From NCBI GenBank assembly GCA_964016885.1, contig OZ024755.1:39246001-39310000 (forward strand): a DNA stretch of 64,000 bases, read 5' to 3'. The position numbers and the translations under genes are program-made. Source of the stretch: Eledone cirrhosa (taxonomy: Eukaryota). The notes under the pieces are model-generated. The model was not told where the DNA came from. It saw only the letters and a list, made by a program, of their open reading frames with translations, and made no database searches. Each line of letters begins with the position of its first letter. Within the stretch, counting starts at the first letter, position 1. Of the stretch, positions 25,390-40,871 are shown one piece after another.

Positions 25390-28300
25390 TTCAGTCATTA
25401 GACTGTGGCCAGGCTGGTGCACTTTTATTTTACTGGTGTTAGTCATTAGGCTGTGGCCATGTTGGGTCACTCTTATGTTACTGGTGTCAGTCATTAGGCT
25501 GTGGCCATGTTGGGTCACTCTTATGTTACTGGTGGCAGTCATTAGGCTGTGGCCATGTCGGGTCACTCTTATGTTACTGGTGTCAGTCATTAGACTGTGG
25601 CCATACTGGGGCATTGTTCTGGTACTGGTGTCATTCATTAGACTGTGGCCATGCTGGGTCACTGTTATGTTACTGGTGTCAGTCATTAGACTGTGGCCAT
25701 ACTGGGGCATTGTTCTGGTACTGGTGTCATTCATTAGACTGTGGCCATGCTGGGGCACTGTTATGTTACTGGTGTCAGTCATTAGACTGTGGCCATACTG
25801 GGGCATTGTTCTGGTACTGGTGTCATTCATTAGACTGTGGCCATGCTGGGGCACTGTTATGTTACTGGTGTCAGTCATTAGACTGTGGCCATACTGGGGC
25901 ATTGTTCTGGTACTGGTGTCATTCATTAGACTGTGGCCATGCTGGGTCACTGTTATGTTACTGGTGTCAGTCATTAGACTGTGGCCATACTGGGGCATTG
26001 TTCTGGTACTGGTGTCATTCATTAGACTGTGGCCATGCTGGGGCACTGTTATGTTACTGGTGTCAGTCATTAGACTGTGGCCATACTGGGGCATTGTTCT
26101 GGTACTGGTGTCATTCATTAGACTGTGGCCATGCTGGGTCACTGTTATGTTACTGGTGTCAGTCATTAGACTGTGGCCATACTGGGGCATTGTTCTGGTA
26201 CTGGTGTCATTCATTAGACTGTGGCCATGCTGGGGCACTGTTATGTTACTGGTGTCAGTCATTAGACTGTGGCCATACTGTGGCAATGTTATGTTACTGG
26301 TGTCAGTCATTAGACTGTGGCCATGCTGGGTCACTGTTATGTTACTGGTGTCAGTCATTAGACTGTGGTCATGCTGGGGTACTGTTATGTTACTGGTGTC
26401 AGTCATTAGACTGTGGCCATACTGGGGCACTGTTATGTTACTGGTGTCAGTCATTAGACTGTGGCCATACTGGGGCACTGTTATGTTACTGGTGTTATAT
26501 CATTAGACTGTAGCCATGCTGGGGCACTGTTATGTTACTGGTGTCAGTCAATAGACTGTGGCCATGCTGGGGCACTGTTATGTTACTGGTGTCAGTCATT
26601 AGACTGTGGCCATACTGGGGCACTGTTATGTTACTGGTGTCAGTCATTAGACTGTGGCCATACTGGGGCACTGTTATGTTACTGGTGTCAGTCATTAGAC
26701 TGTGGCCATACTGGGACACTGTTATGTTACTGGTGTTATATCATTAGACTGTAGCCATGCTGGGGCACTGTTATGTTACTGGTGTCAGTCATTAGACTGT
26801 GGCCATACTGGGGCACTGTTATGTTACTGGTGTCAGTCATTAGACTGTGGCCATACTGGGGCACTGTTATGTTACTGGTGTCAGTCATTAGACTGTGGCC
26901 ATACTGGGGCACTGTTATGTTACTGGTGTCAGTCATTAGACTGTGGCCATACTGGGGCACTGATCTGTTATTGGTTTTAGTCATGAGACTGTGGCCATAC
27001 TGGGGCACTGTTATGTTACTGGTGTCAGTCATTAGACTGTGGCCATACTGGGGCACTGATCTGTTATTGGTTTTAGTCATGAGACTGTGGCCATACTGGG
27101 GTACTGTTATGTTACTGGTGTCAGTCATTAGACAGTGGCCATACTGGGGCACTGTTATGTTACTGGTGTCAGTCATTAGACTGTGGCCATACTGGGGCAC
27201 TGTTATGTTACTGGTGTCAGTCATTAGACTGTGTCCATACTGGGGCACTGTTATGTTACAGGTGTCAGTCATTAGACTGTGGCAATACTGGGGTATTGTT
27301 ATGTTACTGGTGTCAGTTATTAGACTGTGGCCATGCTGGGGCACTGTTCTGTTACTGGTGTCAGTCATTAGACTGTGGCCATGCTGGGGCACTGTTGTGT
27401 TACTGGTGTCAGTCATTAGACTGTGGCCATACTGGGGCACTGTTATATTACTGGTGTCAGTCATTAGACTGTGGCCATACTGGGGCACTGTTATGTTACT
27501 GGTGTCAGTCATTAGACTGTGGCCATACTGGGGCACTGTTATGTTACTGGTGTCAGTCATTAGACTGTGGCCATACTGGGGCATTGTTATGTTACTGGTG
27601 TCAGTCATTAGACTGTGGCCACGCTGGGGCACTGTTATGTTACTAGTGTCAGTCATTAGACTGTGGCCATACTGGGGTACTGTTATGTTACTGGTGTCAG
27701 TCATTAGACTGTGGCCATACTGGGGCATTGTTATGTTACTGGTGTCAGTCATTAGACTGTGGCCATGCTGGGGCACTGTTCTGTTACTGGTGTCAGTCAT
27801 TAGACTGTGGCCATGCTGGGGCACTGTTCTGTTACTGGTGTCAGTCATTAGACTGTGGCCATGCTGGGGCACTGTTGTGTTACTGGTGTCAGTCATTAGA
27901 CTGTGGCCATACTGGGGCACTGTTATATTACTGGTGTCAGTCATTAGACTGTGGCCATACTGGGGTACTGTTATGTTACTGGTGTCAGTCATTAGACTGT
28001 GGCCATACTGGGGCATTGTTATGTTACTTGTGTCAGTCATTAGACTGTGGCCATGCTGGGGCACTGTTATGTTACTAGTGTCAGTCATTAGACTGTGGCC
28101 ATACTGGGGTACTGTTATGTTACTGGTGTCAGTCATTAGACTGTGGCCATACTGGGGCATTGTTATGTTACTGGTGTCAGTCATTAGACTGTGGCCATGC
28201 TGGGGCACTGTTCTGTTACTGGTGTCAGTCATTAGACTGTGGCCATGCTGGGGCACTGTTGTGTTATTTGTGTCAGTCATTAGACTGTGGCCATACTGGG

Positions 28301-29060
28301 GCACTGTTATGTTACTGGTGTCAGTCATTAGACTGTGGCCATACTGGGGTACTGTTATGTTACTAGTGTCAGTCATTAGACTGTGGCCATGCTGGGGCAC
28401 TGTTGTGTTATTGGTGTCAGTCATTAGAGTGTGGCCATGCTGGGGCACTGTTATGTTACTGGTGTCAGTCATTAGACTGTGGCCATACTGGGGCACTGTT
28501 ATGTTACTAGTGTCAGTCATTAGACTGTAGCCATGCTGGGGCACTGTTATGTTACTGGTGTCAGTCATTAGAGTGTGACCATACTGGGGCACTGTTATGT
28601 TACTGGTGTCAGTCATTAGACTGTGGCCATACTGGGGCACTGTTATGTTACTGGTTTTAGTTATGAGACTGTGGCCATACTGGGGTACTGTTCCTTTACT
28701 GTTGTCAGTCATTAGACTCTGGCCATACTGGGGCACTGTTCTGTCACTGGTGTCAGTAAGTAGACTGGCCATGCTGGGGTAGTTATATGACTGGTGTCAG
28801 TCATTACTCTGTGGCCATGCTGGGGTACTGTTATGTTACTGGTGTCAGTCATTAGACTGTGGCCATACTGGGGCACTGTTATGTTACTGGTGGCAGTCAT
28901 TAGACTATGACCATGCTGTGGCACTGTTATGTTACTGGTGTCAGTCATTAGAATGCGGCCATACTGGGACACTGTTATGTTACTGGTGTCAGTCATTAGA
29001 CTTCGGCCATACTGGGGCACTGTTCTGTTACTGATTTTAGTCATGAGACTGTGGCCAGGC
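25390..29060. repeat. 48-bp minisatellite, ~76 copies
   Basis: Unit GTCAGTCATTAGACTGTGGCCATACTGGGGCACTGTTATGTTACTGGT. Confidence 0.97.
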
Positions 29061-29569
29061 TAGGGCATGCCATGAAAGGATTTAGTAGACCTCATCAACT
29101 CCAGTGTATAATTGTTGAAGTTTGGTAATTATCTTATCCATCTCTTCTTGTCGAACCTCTATGTCACATGACAGACACAGACAGGGAAAAAACTGACACA
29201 TGCATGTATATCTACAAATATGTATGTGTGGTTATATATATATATATATATAGGGGAGGGGTCGGGCGTTTGTGTACATGTATGTACATGTTTATATATA
29301 TATATATATATATATGGGGGAGGGGACGGGCGTTTGTGTACATGTTTATATATATATATATATATTCAAAATAGGGGCAGCGCAGAGCAGAGACATGGGG
29401 TAAAAACAACGGAAAAACGCACAGTCCCATCTCTACAGTCAACTTCTGGAAAACACATTAAGAATGATAGCCTTCATTCCAGTATCCATTGGGACACAAC
29501 AAAACAAGTAGAGACATATTTCATCATCATCATCATCATTTAACTTCACATTCATACAAACACATTTCC

Positions 29570-29830
29570 TCATTATACCGACAGGTATAAAATATGCACT
29601 GTTGAAAAAGTTAGCTGCCAATGCGGTTAGAAAATTGCAAGAGATGGAGGATATCTGCGAATCATTGATGGGGCGTTTGCAGATCCAGTATCCGAGGTAC
29701 ACGTTCACCTTAATATCCGCTAGTATTGGACCTACCAATAATATGCTAACCTGCCTGGTTAGTATGTAGTTCAACTTGGATTTGCGGTTTAAGAATGCAG
29801 CTCCTTAAATCATAACATACGATTTAAAGG
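29570..29830 (+). pseudogene. Decayed RLE-endonuclease LINE fragment
   Basis: DRYKICTVEKVSC and EDICESLMGRLQIQYPRYTFTLISASIG resemble an R4-type RLE C-terminus. Confidence 0.4.
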
Positions 29831-30232
29831 ATGAACACTTACACAAGAGACGAAGACAATTCCCCTTTACAACATTGCAACCGGGAAGTGGCCGGTCAAA
29901 AGAGATAACATCCATCCATACATACAAATATACATGTACATACATATATAAATGTATATATATATTGGAGACTAGAGCCCAATGTTACCATTCTATTGTA
30001 CAGCGATTTGAGACTCAATTTCTCTAATAACCAATTTTTCACTAATTTATTAATTTGTGTCCTATCAACACGTAAATTTATAAATCGGTAGCCAATCAGA
30101 GGACAGCATTGTGTTGCGTAGAGATTCCAGTTGTTAATCATTTTACTGTGTTGACCGTCATAAAGAGTCATAGCCGACACGGACTGGAGTCGAATATTGT
30201 CGTTCGATTGGTTATTGATTAGGCGAAGCCCG

Positions 30233-30336
30233 CTGATGAAGCCACATGCACCGATTATGAATTGTTGCATAATATATGGAAACAGAGGGTGCAGTGCACT
30301 CTATTACTGCATTAAGTGTGGCTGAAACTCGAGTTC
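30233..30336 (+). ncRNA. Hammerhead core with long stem II insert and weak stem I
   Basis: CTGATGA-agccaca..(~70 nt)..tgtggct-GAAA-CTCGAG-TT. Confidence 0.65.
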
Positions 30337-30447
30337 AAGAACTACTGTAGGTACCCGTTTACGCGTGTTGTATTGAAGTGAATAACTGTGTATACTCTGG
30401 CAGTTTGTTTAATATTACCTATTGATACCCATGCTAGTTCCGTCGAC

Positions 30448-30488
<41 letters not shown>

Positions 30489-30680
30489 CATACATACATA
30501 CATATATATACATATATATACATATATATATATATACATATAAGAAGAATTAAAATACTAGAGTGTGTTGGAGTTACACACCCTCTTCGTATTATAGAAA
30601 TGACAGTAAAAGTATAGCTCAATATAATTAAACAGAGCCGAAGTATTATGAATACATCAATACATCAAAAGTCTTTATTA

Positions 30681-30718
30681 GCCAACAATGTTTCGTCCTA
30701 TTGAGGACTCATCAGGGC
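30681..30718 (-). ncRNA. Canonical-looking minimal type I hammerhead
   Basis: gcc-CTGATGA-gtcct caat aggac-GAAA-CATTG-TT-ggc, then AATAAA. Confidence 0.85.
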
Positions 30719-31055
30719 AATTAAAGTTATAAGAAGCAATATCGGCCAATACAAGCCAAAAAACTCAGAAGAATATGGAGTGTACAAACATTAAAGAATA
30801 GGAAAATATCAAGTAAAAATTGCTAAGGAAGTGAATCACATTTTGAACCATATTACAAATATAGTCCAATGCAAAAACTAAAGCTAAACAAAGGTGGTGA
30901 TATAGAGCGGGAATTATTGTACTATATATAATATAATATAATATAATATAATATAATTGATATTAATAATAATAATATTAAAAGGCCCAATATACATATA
31001 TAGATATATATATACACATATACATATTTAAATATGTAAGTTTGTATATATATAT

Positions 31056-31660
31056 GGTGGCTGCCAACTCGTTTTCGAGTACGGCCACTACTTTATATCC
31101 ATGTTGGAGAACCCTTACCGATGCGCTGAACAAGTGTCACTTTTTAGTCCAGCCAGCGACTTGAAAACTCTGGTACAAACACTACACTTGTGTCAATTTT
31201 TGACACATAGTGCTGGGGCAATGGTACCATGTGATTACAAGTGCAGAGAGATCTCCAGATATAAAGCAATGCCTGTGCCGTGAAGCTTTTATAGTGAGCA
31301 AAGGCACTGCACAAACCCAGTCCCACTCTCTTAACCAAGATGATATTTACCAAAAAGAAGAACAAGTCAACATCATTGGATACCATCAGGGTTGCAGGTG
31401 TTATATCAGAGTTTTCCTTCTCCTAGAATTCTGCCTTGACAAAGGCTAAGGGGTCATCTCTCCTGGTTATTTTGGATGGCCATTGACTCTTAAGAGCTCC
31501 TTTGCCCTTTGACAGGTTTTGTTTTTAGTCCTGCAGGATGTCCAAAGTCACCCTCCTCACCAAGAAACCTTGGTGGGGTTCCAGTTTAGTCGCCAACGAC
31601 CCGACCATGGGACAGGTTGTACTGGGATACATGTTACCAGTAGCACCAACTGGTGACATG
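31056..31660 (-). mobile_element. ~610-bp non-autonomous RTE-like element
   Basis: Full-length match to 45699-46313; C2H2-like [15 protein letters not shown]. remnant near the 3' end; TA-flanked. Confidence 0.7.
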
Positions 31661-31672
31661 ACATACATATAT

Positions 31673-31703
<31 letters not shown>

Positions 31704-34198
31704 CTAGCAGAAGTACCCGGCGTTGCCCGGGTGTAAGTCGACCTTTGGTCTGTTAGAATGTGTGAAAGTTACTTCCCGCGCATCACAGGTTCAAAACTTC
31801 GAACTTCAATGGAAAAAAATAGGTTAGTAGACACAGGTGTGTAATTTATTAATTGTAGTTACACAGTGTATCGTTGAAATTGTTCTCTGCACGACTGACG
31901 GCAGTCAAAACCGCTTGATATTGAATGTTCAGTTAATTTAAAGCAGGGTGAAAATGTCGATTACTTTCAGGTTTTTTTTTTTTTTACAATTTTTGCGCTC
32001 ACATGTGCAGAAGAAGAATTAAAAGAGCCTTTATCTTAACCGCGGCATAATGGCGAGTCTTTTGTGACAGTTTTCAAGAATATAGAACGTTCCTGTAAAA
32101 AGTTTTCCCATGTGTAACTTTGCCTTGTTTTTTTTGCGCAAAGTCGAGCCCCGCTTCAGTTTTATTGATTTTTTACATCAATGCGTGATCTCTGAAGTAG
32201 ATTTGAGTAGCTAAAACCCTGTCCCGGTAAATTTGCTATAGGTGAAAAAAAGTTGATCAAAATTGTATCTAGGGTTATTGCCCTTTGCCACAGCCTCGTC
32301 TGACGGGATGTTGGTGATTCCTCCGTCAGCGCTTGTTGGCGACGAAGGCGAACATCAGCAAGCCTTGTCATACGTGATGTTGGTGACTCAACAAGCCGGG
32401 AAAGACGTCTATCAGCGAGTCGAGATTCGCGCTCAGCAGGTGTTTCATAGAGAAAATTAATTTATTTCTACTGGTTAGCTAAGCCAATGGCAGTGTCAAT
32501 AGTAAATGAGAAAAGTCTAACATGAACAAAAGGGAATCAAGGTAAGACAATAAATTTAATATAACTACGATTAGAATGTAGTTGCTTAAAAGTGGTGACA
32601 GTTAGGATAAACGCAGTACTTGCTAACATTAAGGGAGAATATTGCATAAAGGATTAATCAATTGTGAATGAACTCATACCTGAGAACGCCTAATTCGTTG
32701 TCTCAAAGCAATAGCTGTACCTTTTTTGGAGGCAAGTCTTGAACGTTTCCGTGTGGGCATAACGACGTGTAACGAAGCTGTTAGGTTAGAGAGAGGTGAT
32801 TAAATACAGAGAGAGATGACACCAGATTCGTTAGCATGGTTACTGGTGAATAGGAAGGTTTGGAAATATGATTACACTAACTTACCGAATTTTCCCGTCT
32901 ATAAATTGCACTTAAAATAATTAAATTTAATCAAAAAACAGCTCTGCGCTTTATACTCCGGTGAGCTTTATGTATAAATAATACAATGGTAATCAATCAC
33001 GGCTCTAACAGAAGTAATAGATCTAGACTAAAAGTAAAGAAGATAGCATTTTCTGGTTGGCCTTACACGCCATTGCGCGGACCTGATTTTAAATGATACG
33101 CCTTATATCCTGGTGAGCCTTATAGAGCGGAAAATATATATTGGAAAAGAATACGAATTCATGACCAAGGTGTGACAAAATAGGCGTCTATACAGCGCCT
33201 GAAACAAACTTGTCCAAAACCCTAGGATTTTTCTCGTTAAGTATCCACCCAAAAGGAACCGTTTTTTAGTTACAAAAAGTAACCAAAGTGTATAGTAGCT
33301 ATATTTCTGACATATCATGCCAAAAAGAACAATATACTCAAAAAATGTTCTAAAGTACATTCAATCTCTCTTTTTGACCGATATCGTAATAAGCAAGTTA
33401 TCGATTTTTTATTGGCTGTCAGTGTCTATCTGCATGCAGGTGTGCACGTGTGCGCAATTAATTGCAAATACGCTCATAACATTTAGTTGTAAGCAGAACA
33501 AAAAATGCCATTAGAGGTGGGCTAATAATGAAGACACAAACCCTGGTGAACTTACGTTTAAACACCCGAAAAGTTACTCACTTCCCGTGCAAAAGACTGT
33601 ATTATAAATTAAGTAATTTTTTAGAATCTTTTGTTTAAAAAAGGAAAACATTGGTACGACGTAAATTTTTTTACTTGTATTGTATGTGTACAACACAACT
33701 TGGTCAACGTATTATTTAGTAATTTTTTTTTCAAAAAGCATGATTATTTAAGACTGTTTGAAAATTTACTCACAGCTTTTAGATTCACAAAAGACACCAT
33801 TAAATTTGGTTCCCTTTTCAGATAGGGATAATACTGTATTTCCACTTGAATAAGGTGGAATATGAAAAGAGAAACTCTTTAATGGTCGGTCGTTTACTGA
33901 GACAGCTGGGAAGACATGCAGCTGGCCGTCCAATCAATAACGCACGTCCTTATATGGGCATATGAAATTTATTTTTATTGCGCCAGATATAAACTAAGAG
34001 TTCTTGTGTTCGAATTCACATAAAATTTCATTGGAATCGAAAAATATTCTGTCATAGGGCCCGATTATCGATTTTTCGAAAATTTCAAGTAGCCTATTCC
34101 ACTCTACGCGTTGAGTTTTATATATGTGCGAGATTTCATGAAAATTGGATGAACGGTGTAGCCTGCAAGTTCGGTACACTAAACAATGTCCATCTTCC

Positions 34199-34269
<71 letters not shown>
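31704..34269 (-). mobile_element. Non-autonomous Helitron
   Basis: Minus-strand 3' end CCCGGGCAACGCCGGG hairpin + CTAG|T; 5' end TC(TA)n at ~34269 (approximate). Confidence 0.7.
32885..33140. mobile_element. Tc1/pogo-type MITE nested in the Helitron
   Basis: TA|CCGAATTTTCCCGTCTATAA ... TTATAGAGCGGAAAATA decayed TIRs. Confidence 0.5.
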
Positions 34270-34279
34270 TATATATATA

Positions 34280-34462
34280 GGTCGATCCCGGGTTCAATCG
34301 GGGGTAACCACAGTAAGTAAGGTACTCAATACAAAGCAGAGTATAAATATTTAATTAAGAAAAAGCTAATACAGGACTAGAACTGTTTCATTCGGGAGAA
34401 ATCATCAGAAAGCCCTGATGATTTCTCGCGAATGAAGCAGTTCTAGTCCCGTAGAAGCCTTT

Positions 34463-34465
<3 letters not shown>
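34280..34465. mobile_element. Fold-back element (family K) with back-to-back decayed hammerheads at 34365-34413(-) and 34412-34458(+)
   Basis: CTGATGA-tttc..gaat-GAAA-CAG..CTG-TA on the minus strand, mirrored with GAAG on the plus strand; related tail at ~35415-35510. Confidence 0.7.
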
Positions 34466-34505
<40 letters not shown>

Positions 34506-34683
34506 TAAACCGAATAGAAAATGCTGACAAATTGTTCACAGTGAAAAATAGTTTAATTAGGAATAAGTGAGAATTAGTAATAGTATTGGTTAATATTCAG
34601 TTTTGGTTTTAAATTCACCGGTTGCGCATTTCTAATGCTTTTCAAAAATAATTTTGAGATAGAGCGTCCGTGATGTTTTATCT

Positions 34684-34787
<104 letters not shown>

Positions 34788-35232
34788 CTTTCCTGTCTCT
34801 ATGACTGTTCCGGGTTAGAGACTCCTTCACTAAATAACCTAAATAAGCTTCCTTTATCCTATGTTAATGCATACACACTTACATAATATCACAGTTAGAT
34901 ACTTTACACGTACACAATATAAACTTCTACATACATACACACGTGAAAATGTATCATACACTCACACAATCAAGTCCACTACACACGGATATACACATAA
35001 ACACACAGACTTTGATATTTTACACAATAAACCTTAAAGCACACACACACCTTTAAACTTACACACACACTTAAACATATAGACATTAATATACACACAT
35101 TTCACTTTGCATTCCAAAATCGTTACCAAGACTACCTAATGTTTTGTCTTATTTACTCTCAGTATTTTCGTGTTTTTTTTTATTTACTTGGACTAATTTT
35201 TATTTTCTGTGATCCTGTCTCTATTTTTGTAC

Positions 35233-35264
35233 TCCTGAAGAAGGGCTAAAACCCGACACGTCGA
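35233..35264 (+). ncRNA. Degenerate hammerhead (family G)
   Basis: tc-CTGAAGA-aggg ctaaaa ccc-GACA-CG-TC-ga. Confidence 0.5.
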
Positions 35265-35355
35265 ACTTTCTTTCTCCTTTTCAATATAAAGCGTGAAACT
35301 AATAAGAATTGTTGTACCTGTTTTGTCGTTTCCTTAAACTACACCCCCCCCCCCC

Positions 35356-35402
<47 letters not shown>

Positions 35403-35588
35403 AGAAATGGCATCTATAGGACAAGAACTGTTTTACTTCATTTATACTCTGCTATATATTGATAACTTTACTTACTGTGGTTAGCCCCGATTAAACCCGT
35501 GATTCACCCACCACCAACACACATATATATGAATATGTATATATATATATGTATACATATATATTATGTCATATTATATTATGATATA

Positions 35589-36509
35589 CTAACTGAATGA
35601 CGCGGCGTTCCCCGGGTTATTGCTGTTCTTATTCAGATTAGTAAACAATAAATATGAAGACATATTTTTTTTTCTTATAATTATTTCAAAATATTTCTCT
35701 TTTATAGAAAGAAATATCAAAATTGTAATGATAATAGAATTTAGAAATGAAAATCTGTCATTCTTGAAACAACTTAGGGTTAACAATATTCATTGTGTAA
35801 ATTTTAGTTGGTGTGCAAATGAATAAATTTTTGCTGCCTCCAGCCCGTGAACAACCAGCATAGAGTTGACCGTGGGAGAGGCATATAGTAGAGAGGTCAA
35901 GTCCAACTACCTTGAGTGATTGATCCTGGCATTTGTTAATTGAAATAACAAAACTTAGTTTGACTGGAAACTGAAGCCTCTTAAATTCAAATGGAACAGC
36001 TGTAGATACGAGAGGAATGTTTGGAATAAAGACATTTTTTTCAATATTGTAAGCAAATAAGTATCAACATCCAAAAGAAATATATATTAATCTCTATTTT
36101 TTGTATGCAGTGTAAATTATCTCACACACACACATACTTCTCAGTCATATGTATATGTACGTGTAGATGTGTGTCTTTAATTCTCTGTGTATCTGATTAA
36201 ATATTTACGTGAATATCTGTGTGTATATAACTTTTTAAGGCGTAACGTACGTAACGAACGCGCAAACACGCACACACTCACAGACACATATACACTCATA
36301 TACAAAATGTGACGTCGTCGTCGTGTTATAAAATATCCATTTACTTAGTTGTCTATAGTAAATTATTTCAGGTAAAATGGTATATTGTTTTTATCCAAAT
36401 AAAAATAAAGATTGCATGTTGTGATCCCGGAGTCTAAAATTTGATTTGATTTGGTCGAACTGTTTGAAATTGTATAATGAAAAGACAGACAAAGAATTTT
36501 ATATATAGA
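35589..36509 (-). mobile_element. Non-autonomous Helitron deletion derivative
   Basis: 5' TCTATATATAAAA at 36509; 3' GC hairpin and decayed CTAG at 35589; retains a helicase fragment. Confidence 0.8.
35776..36035 (-). pseudogene. Helitron RepHel PIF1-like helicase C-terminal fragment
   Basis: VFIPNIPL..PFEFKRLQFPVKLSFVISINKCQDQSLKVVGLDL...SHGQLYAGCSR. Confidence 0.9.
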
Positions 36510-36526
36510 AATATTATATATTATGT

Positions 36527-36613
<87 letters not shown>

Positions 36614-36713
36614 GTTGAGAACATATTATATTTTAAAGGGCTCAGGATCTCTTCCCCTTTGAGCACATTATTTACAGGGAATAACGACGGCCTATGCCTC
36701 CGTTAATTTATCG

Positions 36714-36805
<92 letters not shown>

Positions 36806-36880
36806 TATATTATGTTATATTATATTTATCCATATTACATTATCCATATATTATATTATATTATATTATATTATATTATG

Positions 36881-36931
<51 letters not shown>

Positions 36932-37000
36932 ATATTGAGTTAAAAACTCACAATAGTCCCTTATAATTAAAATAGCTCAAGAAAACAATTTTCCGAGCCT

Positions 37001-37401
37001 TATAATAAGGAGAGACAAACACAGATATATATATATTCATATATGAAATTCAAATCACAAGGGACGTTAAACGACCAAGGTGAAGAAAATACTAAGTAGG
37101 GATGTTAGACTCGACTAAAATGATAAATTAAGAATTACAAACCGAAATTATGGTAACTATCACATCCCAACAGCTTTTAGTAGAACCGTTCTCAAATAAG
37201 TGGAGAGAGATACAAATCTAATCGTGGTTCAGTGCATGTTCAGATTAGGAATATCCTAAAATACTGTAATTCTTAGTTTATCCTTATAATTGAGTATAGA
37301 AAATGTATTATTCATAGTTAGTATTTTCTTCTCTTTGGTGGTTTACATTCCTTGTGATTTGAACACAAATATGTATATATTTGTGTTTGTTTCTCTCTAT
37401 T
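37001..37401. repeat. Old diverged inverted repeat, TA-flanked
   Basis: 37001-37100 mirrors 37312-37401 (AAATCACAAGG/CCTTGTGATTT, AAGAAAATACTAA/TTAGTATTTTCTT). Confidence 0.7.
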
Positions 37402-37597
37402 ATATATATATACGTATATACATATATATATATACGTATATACATATATACATATACATATATACATATACAAATATACATATATATATACATACATATA
37501 CATATATACATATATATACATATATACATATATATACATATATACATATATATATATACATATACATACATATATACATATATACATATATATATAC

Positions 37598-37644
<47 letters not shown>

Positions 37645-37737
37645 CATATATATATACATATATATATACATATATATATATATACATATACATATATATA
37701 TACATATATATATATACATATACATATATATATATAT

Positions 37738-37808
<71 letters not shown>

Positions 37809-37864
37809 CTATATATATATATATATATATATACATATATATATACATATATATATACATATAC

Positions 37865-37937
<73 letters not shown>

Positions 37938-38052
37938 CACATATATATATATATACATATACATATATATATATATATATATACATATATGCATATACAT
38001 ATATATATATACATATACATATATATATATACATATATATATATACATATAC

Positions 38053-38101
<49 letters not shown>

Positions 38102-38102
38102 G

Positions 38103-38134
<32 letters not shown>

Positions 38135-38474
38135 ATATGTATATATGCATATATATATATATACATATATATATATATGTATATATATATATGTATATAT
38201 ATATATACATATATATATATGTATATATATATGTATATATATATATACATATATATATATATACATATATACATATATATACATATATATACATATATAT
38301 ATACATATATTTATATACATATATATACATATATATATAGATATATTTATATACATATATTTATATACATATATATACATATATATATACATATATTTAT
38401 ATACATATATACATATACATATATACATATATATATACACATATATATATATATATATACAGATATATATACAC

Positions 38475-38521
<47 letters not shown>

Positions 38522-38558
38522 CATATATACATATATATATTTTTATACATATATACAT

Positions 38559-38621
<63 letters not shown>

Positions 38622-38770
38622 CATATATACATATATATATACATATATTTATATACATATATACATATACATATATACATATATATATATATATTTATAT
38701 ACATATATACATATACATATATACATATATATATACATATATATACATATATATATATACATATATATAC

Positions 38771-39061
<291 letters not shown>

Positions 39062-39110
39062 TGTATATATACATATATATACATATATATATACATATAT
39101 ATATATATGC

Positions 39111-39253
<143 letters not shown>

Positions 39254-39304
39254 CAAATATATATATATATACATATATATATATACATGTATATATATAT
39301 ATAC

Positions 39305-39353
<49 letters not shown>

Positions 39354-39366
39354 CATTTATATATAC

Positions 39367-39397
<31 letters not shown>

Positions 39398-39767
39398 CAT
39401 ATACATATATATATATACATATATATATATATACATTTATATATATACATATATATATAAATTGAAACAAAATGAAAACGAAATTTCATTTCTCACTCTT
39501 AGTATGGCACTTACTTAAATGTAAGTATGCATGTATACGTACATACATATATGTATACAGACGTACAGTAGCATGCACATATATATATATATATACATAT
39601 ATACATACATATGCATACAGGTACACATACATATATGCACGTATCAGTTTAGCGGCGCTTATTATAACGTCGCTTTGTTCGTTTGTAAACAAACTGAACA
39701 GCCTGAATTTATGCCATACGGTGTTAAGGCAACCACGTCACCTTTTTGTTCAACACTGACACAGGAA

Positions 39768-39808
39768 CGATGTACTAGTTTCAAGCTTGTTAGCTATCAT
39801 CAGCACCG
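39768..39808 (-). ncRNA. Type I hammerhead (trimer unit 1)
   Basis: cggtg-CTGATGA-tagct aaca agctt-GAAA-CTAG-TA-catcg. Confidence 0.85.
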
Positions 39809-40235
39809 TTTACCCATCTGCCAGATAGTTGAACGTTCGAAAGTATATACTTTCCTTATGAAAATTAACGGCTGAGCAGCCTAATTTGCATATTGAGTGA
39901 GTTAAATCGGTCAGGCATACCGAAAACGATAAATTGAAACAAAATGAAAACGAAATTTCATTTCTCACTCTTAGTATGGCACTTACTTAAATGTAAGTAT
40001 GCATGTATACGTACATACATATATGTATACAGACGTACAGTAGCATGCACATATATATATATACATATATACATACATATGCATACAGGTACACATACAT
40101 ATATGCACGTATCAGTTTAGCGGCGCTTATTATAACGTCGCTTTGTTCGTTTGTAAACAAACTGAACAGCCTGAATTTATGCCATACGGTGTTAAGGCAA
40201 CCACGTCACCTTTTTGTTCAACACTGACACAGGAA

Positions 40236-40276
40236 CGATGTACTAGTTTCAAGCTTGTTAGCTATCATCAGCACCG
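40236..40276 (-). ncRNA. Type I hammerhead (trimer unit 2)
   Basis: Same as unit 1. Confidence 0.85.
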
Positions 40277-40707
40277 TTTACCCATCTGCCAGATAGTTGA
40301 ACGTTCGAAAGTATATACTTTCCTTATGAAAATTAACGGCTGAGCAGCCTAATTTGCATATTGAGTGAGTTAAATCGGTCAGGCATACCGAAAACGATAA
40401 ATTGAAACAAAATGAAAACGAAATTTCATTTCTCACTCTTAGTATGGCACTTACTTAAATGTAAGTATGCATGTATACGTACATACATATATGTATACAG
40501 ACGTACAGTAGCATGCACATATATATATATATATACATATATACATACATATGCATACAGGTACACATACATATATGCACGTATCAGTTTAGCGGCGCTT
40601 ATTATAACGTCGCTTTGTTCGTTTGTAAACAAACTGAACAGCCTGAATTTATGCCATACGGTGTTAAGGCAACCACGTCACCTTTTTGTTCAACACTGAC
40701 ACAGGAA

Positions 40708-40748
40708 CGATGTACTAGTTTCAAGCTTGTTAGCTATCATCAGCACCG
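40708..40748 (-). ncRNA. Type I hammerhead (trimer unit 3)
   Basis: Same as unit 1. Confidence 0.85.
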
Positions 40749-40871
40749 TTTACCCATCTGCCAGATAGTTGAACGTTCGAAAGTATATACTTTCCTTATG
40801 AAAATTAACGGCTGAGCAGCCTAATTTGCATATTGAGTGAGTTAAATCGGTCAGGCATACCGAAAACGATA

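Noticed and set aside
21472-29060. Arrays superficially resembling CRISPR
   Set aside because: Contiguous tandem units with no unique spacers, no cas genes, eukaryotic context
37240-37270. TAGG-AATAT-CCTA hairpin followed by AAATACTGTA
   Set aside because: No CTGANGA or GAAA core; too decayed to call
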